Part shown: positions 16,117 to 25,400 of the stretch, one piece after another | How positions within the stretch are numbered: position 1 is the first letter of the stretch | How the letters are laid out: every line of letters begins with the position of its first letter | Assembly (NCBI GenBank): GCA_040905805.1 | Contig: JBBDQS010000048.1 | Coordinates: forward strand, 1-32,000 | From: Egibacteraceae bacterium | Lineage (GTDB): Bacteria > Actinomycetota > Nitriliruptoria > Euzebyales > Egibacteraceae | Length of the DNA: 32,000 nt | Direction: 5' to 3' | The notes under the pieces: generated by a model | Database searches by the model: none | Told to the model about the DNA's origin: nothing | The model's input: only the letters and a program-made list of their open reading frames with translations | Position numbers and translations under genes: made by a program

Positions 16117-16968
16117 TCAGCCCTCGACGGCGGCGTCGAGGTGGTTGAGTGCGAAGAACTCGTCGGTGACGAACAGTGCCTCCCGGATCTGCTCCCTCGT
16201 GCTGCGGCTGTGCAGGGCCGTCAGCTCCGCCCGCCCGTCGGGATAGCGCATGATCGCCTTCACGGTCGACGCGTCGACCCGCAGCTCGTTCCAGGACGGG
16301 GGCACGAGACCGCGGAGCCGCGCCGTCGCCGCAGTCGAGCAGTTGGCCACCAGCGTCCCCCCGAGCGACCAGAAGAAGGGGACGTGGCGGTGGCCGGTGA
16401 GGACGATGTCCACCTCGAGGTCGCTGATCAGGGTGAGCACGTCCCCGGCGTCGTTGACGACGCTCATCTCACGACCCGAGCCGGGGATGGGCAGGACGTG
16501 ATGGTGCAGGAGCAGGATCTTGAGATCGTCGGGCCGGTCGAACTGCTCGCGGATCCACACGTACCACTCACGGCCGATATGGCCCTCCTCGAGGTCAGGT
16601 TGCGAGGAGTCGAGCCCCACCACGGTGATGCCGGACAGGCGGAGGCGCTCGCTCCGCAGCGGTTCGAGCTCCAGCCGCCGGCGCAGGAAGCGGCCACCGA
16701 AGTGGCGGAGGAAGTGGACGTAGCCGACGTTGCGTGAATCGTGGTTGCCCGGGACCACCACCGTGGGGGCCGTCAGCTGTGCCAGCCAGGAGACCGCCTC
16801 CTCGTACTCCCATGCGTAGCCGCTGGCCGTGAGGTCGCCGGCGACGAGCACGACGTCGGGTTCACTGCTGTTGACCTGGGCGACGACGTCGGCCAGCAGC
16901 CGGGGGCGGAACGTCGGCTCGCCGCAGTGGATGCTGCCCAGGTGGGCGATCCGCACCGGCTCGATCAT
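16117..16968 (-). CDS. calcineurin-like metallophosphoesterase (CpdA/Icc-like), divergent motif I
   Basis: RIAHLGSIHCGEPTF; VLVAGDLTASGY; VVVPGNHDSRN; LLLHHH; VLTGHRHVPF. Confidence 0.87.
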   Translation of the reverse strand: MIEPVRIAHLGSIHCGEPTFRPRLLADVVAQVNSSEPDVVLVAGDLTASGYAWEYEEAVSWLAQLTAPTVVVPGNHDSRNVGYVHFLRHFGGRFLRRRLELEPLRSERLRLSGITVVGLDSSQPDLEEGHIGREWYVWIREQFDRPDDLKILLLHHHVLPIPGSGREMSVVNDAGDVLTLISDLEVDIVLTGHRHVPFFWSLGGTLVANCSTAATARLRGLVPPSWNELRVDASTVKAIMRYPDGRAELTALHSRSTREQIREALFVTDEFFALNHLDAAVEG

Positions 16969-16994
16969 TGTGGGCTCCTCTCCCGCACCCGGCG

Positions 16995-17840
16995 TCAGGC
17001 GACCGGATTGGACACGCGGAACGCCTCCGTGAGGTAGAACGCCTCGCGGATCAGCTCCCGGGTGGTGCGGCTGCGGATCACCGACAGGCTGCGATGCCCG
17101 GTCTCGTAGTGCATGAACACCTTGATCGTCGACGCGTCCACCTGGATCTCGTTCCACGACGGTGGGGTCAGCCCGCGCAGCCGGCGGGTCGCCGCCGTCC
17201 CGGAGTTGCACACCAGGAGCCCGTTGAGCGCCCAGAAGAACGGGACGTGCTTGTGGCCGGACAGGACGAGGTCGACGCCGAGGTCCGTGAGCAGCTCCAG
17301 CAGCTCGCCGGCATCGGCGATCGTGTTGCGCTCACGCCCGGTGCCGGGGATCGACACCAGATGGTGGTGCAGGACGAACACCTTGAGGTCGTCGGCGTGA
17401 TGGAACTGGTCGCGTATCCAGTCGTAATGCGGGGCGCCGACCTCTCCCTGGTTGACGTCGGCCTGGGACGAGTCCACGGCGACGACCGTGAGGCCGCCGG
17501 CCCGGATGCGCTCCGCTCGCTCCGGCGACAGCGGCAGCCGCAGGGCGCTGAACCGCGCGCCGAAGTGCCGTTCGAAGTGCACGTTGCCGAGGTTGCGCGC
17601 GTCGTGGTTGCCGGGCACGACGACGACCGGCGCCTCCAAGCGACCGATCCATCCGGCGGCCTCCGCGAACTCCTCGCCGTAGCCGGCGGCCGTGAGGTCA
17701 CCCACCACGGCGACGGCGTCTGGGCGCAGGGCGTTGATCCGCTCCACGGCCTGCTCCAACAGGGAGGCTTCGAACGTCGGGGTGCCGCAGTGGATATCGC
17801 CAAGCTGAGCTATGCGCAGTGGATGGTCGGTCACTGCCAT
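16995..17840 (-). CDS. calcineurin-like metallophosphoesterase (CpdA/Icc-like), canonical motifs
   Basis: RIAQLGDIHCGTPTF; AVVGDLTAAGY; VVVPGNHDARN; FVLHHHLVSIPG; VLSGHKHVPFFW. Paralog of 16117-16968. Confidence 0.9.
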   Translation of the reverse strand: MAVTDHPLRIAQLGDIHCGTPTFEASLLEQAVERINALRPDAVAVVGDLTAAGYGEEFAEAAGWIGRLEAPVVVVPGNHDARNLGNVHFERHFGARFSALRLPLSPERAERIRAGGLTVVAVDSSQADVNQGEVGAPHYDWIRDQFHHADDLKVFVLHHHLVSIPGTGRERNTIADAGELLELLTDLGVDLVLSGHKHVPFFWALNGLLVCNSGTAATRRLRGLTPPSWNEIQVDASTIKVFMHYETGHRSLSVIRSRTTRELIREAFYLTEAFRVSNPVA

Positions 17841-17885
17841 GTGGCCCTGCCCGCGCGCTCCGTCGGTGTGGGGCATGCACCCCGG

Positions 17886-18383
17886 ATGATCCCGTATTCT
17901 CGCACCGAGAGGGAGGTGGAGGCCGTGGTGCGTCGTATCACGCACAGTCTGGTCAAGGCGCTCCGTCAGGTCCGGGAGTTCGCGGGGCTGTCGGATGCCG
18001 CTCTCCTCGAGGTCGTCGGGGCATCGGTGAACCTCTTCTTCCCGGCTGGTGCGGTGGTCTTCCGCAAGGGCGCCACATCCGATGGCCTGTACGTCGTCCT
18101 GTCCGGGCGGGTGATCGTCGCCGACGAGCCCGGTGGGCCGGAGGTTGCCCAGATCGGCCCGGGAGACTACTTCGGTGAGCAGTCCCTCCTCCTGGAGACC
18201 ACGCGGTCGCACAGCGTCGCGGCTGTGCAGGACGCTGAGATCCTCGTGCTGCCGGCGAGCTCGTTCCAGCGGCTGCTCGAGGGCAACCCGGTCCTGGCGG
18301 GCCAGGTCGAGGACAAGCTCCGAGCCCGCCTTGCGGCCACGGACGGTCCGGGCAGCGCGGGACAGGGTCCTGCAGCCGGATGA
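17886..18383 (+). CDS. stand-alone cyclic-nucleotide-binding (Crp-like CNB) domain protein, no HTH seen
   Basis: LFFPAGAVVFRKGATSDGLYVVLSGRVIVADEPGGPEVAQIGPGDYFGEQSLLLETTRSHSVAAVQDAEILVL. Confidence 0.87.
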   Translation: MIPYSRTEREVEAVVRRITHSLVKALRQVREFAGLSDAALLEVVGASVNLFFPAGAVVFRKGATSDGLYVVLSGRVIVADEPGGPEVAQIGPGDYFGEQSLLLETTRSHSVAAVQDAEILVLPASSFQRLLEGNPVLAGQVEDKLRARLAATDGPGSAGQGPAAG

Positions 18384-18410
18384 CCGCCGGTGGGGAGTCC
18401 TGCCCACGCC
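18384..18410. terminator. weak hairpin between convergent genes (GTGGG ... CCCAC)
   Basis: ccgccgGTGGGgagtcctgCCCACgccctag. Short 5-bp stem, no T-tract. Confidence 0.3.
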
Positions 18411-18929
18411 CTAGTCCCGCAGGTACCCGTACCGGCCCCGGTGGAAGATCAAGGGCCGGGGCGCATCCGCATCGGCGCCGATGGCGAGCACCTCACCGAC
18501 GAAGATCTCATGGTCTCCGCCCGGATGCTGGTCCGCCACCCTGCAGTCCATGAACGCGGCCACCCCATCGATGACCGGCGAGCCTGTGACCACCTCGCGG
18601 TGGGGGATCCCGCGGAAGGCGGCGGTGCCCCTGGGGCGATCACGAGACGCGAAGTAGTTGGACAGGACCTCCTGCTCGGCGGTCAGGATGTTGACCGCGA
18701 ACACCCCATTGCGCTCGAGAGCCTCGCTGCCCTGCGTGCCGCTGATGACGCACACGAGGATGAGGGGCGGGTCGAGGGACAGCGACGAGAAGGCATTGGC
18801 GGTCATCCCGTACGGCTCGTCCTGACCCTGCGTGGTGATGACCGTCACGCCGGTTGCGAAGGCCCCCATGACCGCCCGGAACTCCTTGACGCCGAAGGGC
18901 TCCACGGCCAGCTGCTGCAGCCTCTGCAT
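18411..18929 (-). CDS. flavin reductase family protein (FMN-binding split barrel)
   Basis: FRAVMGAFATGVTVITTQGQDEPYGMTANAFSSLSLDPPLILVCV ... GTAAFRGI ... ALIF-type end (PLIFHRGRYGYL). Confidence 0.92.
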   Translation of the reverse strand: MQRLQQLAVEPFGVKEFRAVMGAFATGVTVITTQGQDEPYGMTANAFSSLSLDPPLILVCVISGTQGSEALERNGVFAVNILTAEQEVLSNYFASRDRPRGTAAFRGIPHREVVTGSPVIDGVAAFMDCRVADQHPGGDHEIFVGEVLAIGADADAPRPLIFHRGRYGYLRD

Positions 18930-19819
18930 CAGGCATCTGCCCCAGCGTGCGACGGCCCCCCGCCGAGCTCCCCGAGGCGGCGCTGGATGACGTCGTCGAG
19001 GTTTTGCGTGGTGGACAGCGACTGGGCGACCAGCGACCGGAATGCCTCCCGCGGCATCGCCAAGAGCGTCGTTGGGGCCACTGCCCGAACCGTGGCGGTG
19101 CGGGGGATGTCGCGCAGGATCGCCACCTCGCCGAAGAACTGCCCCGGCCCGAGGGTGGCCACCGTCTGTTGCGAACCGCCGTTCTCGCGGACGACCTCGA
19201 CCTCGCCTTCGACGATGATGAAGAACTTGTCGGCCGGCCCCCCCTGCCGGACGATGACCTCCCCGGACTCCACCTGCACGGTCTGCAGCCGGGCCTGGAG
19301 GCCGGCGATCTCGGCCGGCGGCAGGTCCCGGAGGACGTTGAAGACCTCGGTGCGCTGGAACACCGACCCGAGACCCCTCGCGTTCTCCGGCGCCGCGCTC
19401 GTGTTGTCGATGAACTGCACCCGGGTGGGCGCGATGCGGAAGAACGCGATGTGGCTGTTCTCGGTCCCCGCCACCTCGGGGAACTTCACGCCGAACCGCT
19501 GCACGGCGTGCTCGATCTGCGCGGCGTCGAGGATCTGGCGGGCCTCGCCCTCGCCCTGGATGCCCTTGGTCTGCGTCCAGTCAGCGGTGTACTGGTCGAC
19601 CGTGAAGGACACGGCCGGGTTCTGGTCGATGTGCTGGGCGGTGACGGAGTCCGGCCGGGTCCACACGTACAGCGTCAACCCGTCGCTCGCGTACAGCAGC
19701 GTCGCGGCGTGCGGCAGACCGCCCGACGATGCCGTGGCCAGGGTCAAGGTCTGCTGGGACTCCAGGTATGCCAGCGCCTTGGGCGAGACCTCGGGTGCGG
19801 CATCCTCCGGATCGGTCAT
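18929..19819 (-). CDS. pyridoxamine 5'-phosphate oxidase-like split-barrel domain fused to a CNB domain
   Basis: N-terminus ALAYLESQQTLTLATASSGGLPHAATLLYASDGLTLYVWT; C-terminus VESGEVIVRQGGPADKFFIIVEGEVEVV...GPGQFFGEVAILRDIPRTATVRAV. Confidence 0.87.
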   Translation of the reverse strand: MTDPEDAAPEVSPKALAYLESQQTLTLATASSGGLPHAATLLYASDGLTLYVWTRPDSVTAQHIDQNPAVSFTVDQYTADWTQTKGIQGEGEARQILDAAQIEHAVQRFGVKFPEVAGTENSHIAFFRIAPTRVQFIDNTSAAPENARGLGSVFQRTEVFNVLRDLPPAEIAGLQARLQTVQVESGEVIVRQGGPADKFFIIVEGEVEVVRENGGSQQTVATLGPGQFFGEVAILRDIPRTATVRAVAPTTLLAMPREAFRSLVAQSLSTTQNLDDVIQRRLGELGGGPSHAGADA

Positions 19820-19865
19820 GGCGTCCCCCTCCAGGAGCGTCGTGCTCGTACCCTATCGCAGCACC

Positions 19866-22349
19866 TCAGATGGCCGTACGGCGCCGCAGCACCAGCCAGG
19901 TGATGGCGGTGAAGGCCACGATGAAGGCACCCATGATGAGCCAGTTCTGCCAGATGGCGCGGGAGAAGCTGTCGCTGTACTGCAGCGCCAACGCCGCTCC
20001 CACGGGGTTCTGGGACTCCTCGAAGAGGTCGAGGAGGTTGGCTGCCCTGCCGAGAGCCTCGAACCCCCACCGCAGTGCGATGATATTGGAGAGCTCGCGA
20101 CCGACGGTGTTCATCTCGGACACCGCGACGATCGCTCCCGACAGCAGCACCTGCGGCAGGATCCACGCCGACAGCAGGTCGGTCGCCACCTGCGACGTGG
20201 GCGCGATGGCCGACGTAAACAGCGAGAAGGCCAGTCCGACCAGGGCGATGACGAAGAGCGTGATCATCAGGGGGGCGTACACGTTCAAGCCCTCGTCGGG
20301 CAGGCGGTCGGTCACCCACATCATCGCCACCATGACCGTGACCGCCAGGGCGAGCACGGGCGCGAGGAACGTGGTCTTCGACAAGAGGTAGGGGAAGACG
20401 GCGAGATTCACCAGCCGCTCTCGTCGGAAGATGGCGAACTCCTTCACGATCTCCTGCACGCCGTACAGCAGGCCGAAGAGGAAGGCGGTCATCGACAGGA
20501 AGAAGAGCAGCTGGAACGCCGACGTGGGGTTGTTGGGCCCCGGTTCGAAGAGGTCCGTGCGGAACAGCGCGATCAGCAGGGCGGCGAAGATCACCGGCTG
20601 GGCGAAGAGCGGGATCATCCGGGGTGGGTTGCGCACGTACAGCTCGGCGGTGCGACGGCTCAGCACGGCGAACTGGCGGACCCACAAGCCCAAGCCGCGA
20701 GCGGGCCGCGCGATCGAGGCCCCCGCCGCGGCCTGCGCGGGCGTCGAATCGGCCGGTCGCTGTTGGTCGGCCTTCATCGCACGGTACTCGGGGGATTCCC
20801 GGAAGCGCGCCGCCCACTCCTCCGGCGTGCCCTCGTTCTCCAGCTTCACGTAGATCTCGTCGAAGACCTCCACGCCGAAGTACTCCAACGCCCGCTTGGG
20901 GGGACCGGCGAATGCCAGGTGGCCGCCGCCTGCGAGGAACACGATCTTGTCGCACAGGCCGACGTTGCTCGTCGCGTGCGTGGTGAGGAGCACGGTGCTG
21001 CCCGCTCGTGCCAGGTCGCGCATCAGCGTCATCATCGAGGCGTCGGTGGCGGGGTCCAGACCTGAAGTGGGCTCGTCGAGGTAGAAGACCCGGGGTCGGG
21101 TCAACAGCTCCACCCCGATGCTGGCCCGCTTGCGCTGCCCGCCGCTCAGCTTGTCGACGCGAAGACCGGCCTGCTCGGTCAGCGAGAGCTCTTCCAGAGC
21201 CCGGTCGACGGCTTTGCCCCGCTCCTCGGGCGTGGTGTCGCCCGGCAGGCGCAGACGCGCGGCGAAGTCCAGCGTGACCCGCAGGGGTAGCTCGGTGTGG
21301 ATGATGTCGTCCTGCGGCACGTACCCGAGCGTCGTGCGGTACAGGGCCCGCTGCGCGTAGTAGTCGCCGCCGTTGTACAGCACCTGCCCGCCGGTGGCGG
21401 GGCGCACGCCCGAGAGGGCGTCCATGAGGGTGCTCTTTCCCGCCCCGCTGCCACCGACGATCGCCACGAGCTCGCCGGGCAGCACCGTCAGCGAGACATT
21501 CTGGAGGAGGTTCTTGCCCTTCGTGACCACCTTGCGCAGCCCGGACGCGTCGATGCGGATCCCGCGTGGTTCCGTGACCCGTTGCAGCTCGCGCCGGTCG
21601 AACAGCAGACGCTGGTCCGCCAACCAGATCTGGTCCCCGTCCTTGAGCTCGGCACGTCGGACCTCCGCGCCGTTCAGGAAGGTGCCGTTCGCGCTGCCGA
21701 GGTCGGCCAGCTCGTAGCTGTCGCCGAAGCGGCGCACCACCGCGTGACGGGCCGACACGACGGTGGAGTCCAGCACGACGTCGTTGTCAGGATGGCGCCC
21801 GATCCGCAGCTCCTGGCGATCCGCGAGCATGGCCGCGAGGTTCAGGTGCTCGATCGCGTACTCCTGCGAGGTGCGGCTCCGAAGCTCGGCCGCCTGCTGG
21901 ACGGCTTCCGCGAGCGCAGGTTGCTGCTCCAGCAGCTGCCGGAAGTCGTTCGCGCCGATCATCCACAGCCGAGCAGCAGTCTCCGCACGCACCGTGGCGC
22001 TGCGGGGCTGGCCGCTGGTCAGGGACATCTCGCCGAAGAACTCCCGGGGCCCCAAGCGAGCGATCGTCTTCGGTGGATCGCCGGAGCCGGCCTGGACCAG
22101 GAGCGTCCCGAGCTCGATCAGGTAGGCCGCGTCGCCGGCGTCACCCTCGCGGACCACGACGTCTCCTGCCGCGACGTCAACGGGCCGCAGCAGCTTCGCG
22201 ACGTCGGGCAGCGACAGGGGGGACAGCAGCTGGAAGATGCCGATCCTGCTCAGCATGTCGATGCGACGGCTGTCGCTTGCCGCCGCCCTGGTCGGGATGG
22301 AAGTCGTGGCGTGGAATGGTGGTTTGTGTTCCTGCCCGACCATGCTCAA
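19866..22349 (-). CDS. CNB-FHA-ABC transporter (ABCG/ABC2-type half transporter, ATPase plus permease)
   Basis: CNB (VVVREGDAGDAAYLIELG..FFGEMSL..PRSATVRAE); FHA (LRIGRHPDNDVVLDSTVVSARHAVV..GSANGTFLNG); Walker A GGSGAGKST; signature LSGGQRKR; Walker B VFYLDEPTSGLD; C-terminal TM segments. Start may be ATG at 22256. Confidence 0.93.
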   Translation of the reverse strand: MSMVGQEHKPPFHATTSIPTRAAASDSRRIDMLSRIGIFQLLSPLSLPDVAKLLRPVDVAAGDVVVREGDAGDAAYLIELGTLLVQAGSGDPPKTIARLGPREFFGEMSLTSGQPRSATVRAETAARLWMIGANDFRQLLEQQPALAEAVQQAAELRSRTSQEYAIEHLNLAAMLADRQELRIGRHPDNDVVLDSTVVSARHAVVRRFGDSYELADLGSANGTFLNGAEVRRAELKDGDQIWLADQRLLFDRRELQRVTEPRGIRIDASGLRKVVTKGKNLLQNVSLTVLPGELVAIVGGSGAGKSTLMDALSGVRPATGGQVLYNGGDYYAQRALYRTTLGYVPQDDIIHTELPLRVTLDFAARLRLPGDTTPEERGKAVDRALEELSLTEQAGLRVDKLSGGQRKRASIGVELLTRPRVFYLDEPTSGLDPATDASMMTLMRDLARAGSTVLLTTHATSNVGLCDKIVFLAGGGHLAFAGPPKRALEYFGVEVFDEIYVKLENEGTPEEWAARFRESPEYRAMKADQQRPADSTPAQAAAGASIARPARGLGLWVRQFAVLSRRTAELYVRNPPRMIPLFAQPVIFAALLIALFRTDLFEPGPNNPTSAFQLLFFLSMTAFLFGLLYGVQEIVKEFAIFRRERLVNLAVFPYLLSKTTFLAPVLALAVTVMVAMMWVTDRLPDEGLNVYAPLMITLFVIALVGLAFSLFTSAIAPTSQVATDLLSAWILPQVLLSGAIVAVSEMNTVGRELSNIIALRWGFEALGRAANLLDLFEESQNPVGAALALQYSDSFSRAIWQNWLIMGAFIVAFTAITWLVLRRRTAI

Positions 22350-22493
22350 CCTCCATCAAACGACCCTGATGGCGGACCTCCGTTTGCGGACAGGAACCGC
22401 CCTGAGTTCCCCGACAGGCTTGCCCCGCGTGCAGGTCGGATCGTAGCGCCTCGGAGCCGTCAGGCACAGGTCTGATCCGTTCCTATCCGTGCG

Positions 22494-25400
22494 TCAGCCC
22501 GGGGCAACGGGATCACGGCTCACCAGCGCCAGCAGGGATGGCAGGACCAGCAGCGAGGCTGCCAGCGCCAAGAAGATCATCACCGCCGTGAGCAGGCCAT
22601 ACGAGGCAAAAAGGGGCATGGGCGCGAGGGCGAGGATGCCGAAGCCGAGCATGCTCGAGAGCGCCGACGCCCCGAGCGCCAGGCCGGTGCTGGCCCCGGT
22701 CGCCCGCAGCGCCGCCTCGCGGGTGGAGAACTGGGCGATCTCCTCCCGGTAGCGCATGGTGATGTGGATGGCGAAGTCGATGCCGATGCCGATGGAGATG
22801 GCCCCGATGGTCGCGGTGACGAGGTTGATCGTGAACCCGAACGCGTACATGAACGCGTATAGCCACGCGACGACGAGCAGGATCGGCACGATGCTCACGA
22901 CCGCGTAGCGCAGGCTGCGCATGAAGATCGCGGCGACGAGCAAACAGAGCACGATCGCGATCGGCAGGGAGATCTGCAACGCCCGGGCGATGGCGTCGAG
23001 GCTGGCCTGCCGCGCGAACGGCGCACCGGTCAGCACCGCTGTCGCGGCGGGGTCGATGGCCTGCAGGCGATCCTCCAGGTCGGCCACGAGCGGCTCGAGC
23101 TGGGTCCGGGCCGCCTCGACGCCCTCCTGCCCGCGGGTACCCGTGATCGGGAAGTCGACCCTGCTTGCCTGCGTCTCCCCATCCGGCGACTGGTACAGCA
23201 CCTCCCCGACGGCGTCGGGGGTCCGTGCCAGCCGCGCCTCGTCGGCGGCCACACCGGCCTCGAGCACGGTCGTGTAGACGGCCGCCAGCTGCTCGGCGGT
23301 GTCGGGAAGGCCATCCCCGTCGTCGTCGGTCAGCTCCACACCAGCCGATGCGGCGACGGCCGCGGCGGCGGCAGGGGCCTCGGCGACATCCCGGACGACG
23401 CCGAGGACGCCGTCCTCGAGCTGCACCCTGCCGTCGTCGTCGCGGGCCAGGGCCGGGCTGTCGGCGGCGTGGATCGCATCGACGAACTCCTGCACGGCCG
23501 TGAGCGCGCGAGGATCGGTGAGGTCGCCCTCGAGATACACGATCCCCGGCTCCCCGACGGACCCGGCGAAGTGCTCGTCGATCTTGTCCAGCCCCACGAC
23601 GAAGTCGCTGTCCGGCGTGAAGAAGTCGTTGACGTCGAACTCGGCCGGGACCTGCACCGCGAAGAAGGCACATCCCACCGTGATGCCCAACACGACCGGC
23701 AGCAGCGCCACCCGGTAGCGTGCCAGGCCGGCGACGACGCCACCGAGCGTGGTGGCCAAACGCCCGGGGTCGCTGGCGCGCGGCTCGGACGTCGCCGGCT
23801 CGGTGACCGCACCGTCGGCGGTCACCGGCTGCGGCGATGCGGCCGCGCGACCCGCGATGACGCAGGGGGCGACCAGGAAGGCCACGATGTACAGGCCCAG
23901 CAGGGCGACACCCGCGGCGGGCAGGACGAAGGCGCTCAGCACGACCGACCCCATCGCGGCCCCGGATGCCAGCACCGACCCGACGACGGCCAGCAGCCGC
24001 CGGCGCGGAGACCGCGGTGCCGGCCCGACACGCTCCTCGACGCGCATGAGCACGACCGGGGCCACGATGCCGAGGACCAGGAACGCGGAGAGCAGCCCGA
24101 GCGATGCGGCGATGCCGAACTGCACGATCGACTGGATCCCCGACGACACGTTGGCGAGGAAGGCCGCCGCGTCGGAGCTGAGCGCGAGGACCAGTGCACC
24201 CATCACCCCGCTCATGCCCAGGAGCAGCCCCACCCTCGGGGTCGTGCCGGCTGCCCGCACCTCCTTGTAGCGGCCGAACGCATGGAAGGCGAAGTCCACC
24301 CCGAACGAGATCATCGCGATCGGCACGATGGTGCTGAGGATCTGGTCGGCCTCCATGCCGAGCAGATTGGACAGGCCGTTCAGCCAGACGATCAGCGTCG
24401 CGAGCCCGCCGCCGACGATGGCGACCGGCCAGTAGGACCGGTAGGTCAACCCCACGATGAACAGGACGCCGAGGATCGCGAAGCCGATGAAGGGCCCGGC
24501 TGCCTGCCCCTGCTCCGCGCTGGTGAGGTTCACGTCGATCGCGATGCCCCACGTGCGGCTGTGGGCCTCGCCGCCTTCGAGCACCTCGACGACGTCGCGG
24601 GCGAACTCCTCCTTGGTCGTGTCGTCCACGCCGATCGTGGCCCCGGCCGGCGGCCCCCCGACGGCGTCGTCGTCGGCGAGCACGACGAAGCTGGTGGCCG
24701 GCACCAGCCAGTCGCCGGTGTCCGGGTCGCGCGTCGACTGTGCCGACAGCCCCAGCTCGGCGATCCCCGCGTCCTCGATCAGCCGGCTTGCCGCCGACCG
24801 GACGTCCGCGTCGTTGGCTGCGGCCAAGCCGCCGATGCCGGTCTGCCGGAGCTCGGCGTCCACCATGTCGGCGATCGTGTGGAGGCCGTCCACCTCCATG
24901 TCGGCCTGCGGATCGAAGAAGGACCACAGCTTGGGGCCGATGTCGGGATCGTCGCGCAGGGCCTGGCCGTTGGCGAGCAGTTCCGCAAGGGGTTCGGCGC
25001 GCAGCAGGTCGCCGTCACGGGCCTCCACCACGAATGGGATGAGGAACGTGGGCGACGCGAACCGCTCGTTGACGAAATCGCGGGCCGTGAACACCTCCCC
25101 GGCGGGCTCCTGCGACGCGAAGCCGTCCGGGGGCAGCGCGAGGAACGGGACGGCGAGCAGGGCGGTGGCCGCCAACGCCAGCGCGATGACGATCCCCGAG
25201 CGGCGGGCCATCCAGCGCACGAGCCGCGACGGCTCGTCGGGGTCCCGCTTCGGGACGACCGGCTCGGGGCCAGCCGGCTCCGGCGAAGGGGTCTCACGGC
25301 GCTGATCGCCTCGCTTGAGCCCGCGGACGTCGAAGACGAGGCGCTGGTCCGCCAGCCGGATCTGGTCACCGTCCTTGAGCTCGGCCACGCGCACGGGTGC

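Noticed and set aside
18390-21065. 891-aa + strand ORF
   Set aside because: Low-complexity Arg/Pro/Ala/Gly-rich translation antisense to the flavin reductase, PNPOx-CNB and CNB-FHA-ABC genes, whose products have clear domain motifs. It is a typical high-GC shadow ORF.
22513-24927. 804-aa minus strand ORF in another frame of the RND gene
   Set aside because: Alternate-frame Arg/Gly-rich translation inside the well-supported RND coding frame.
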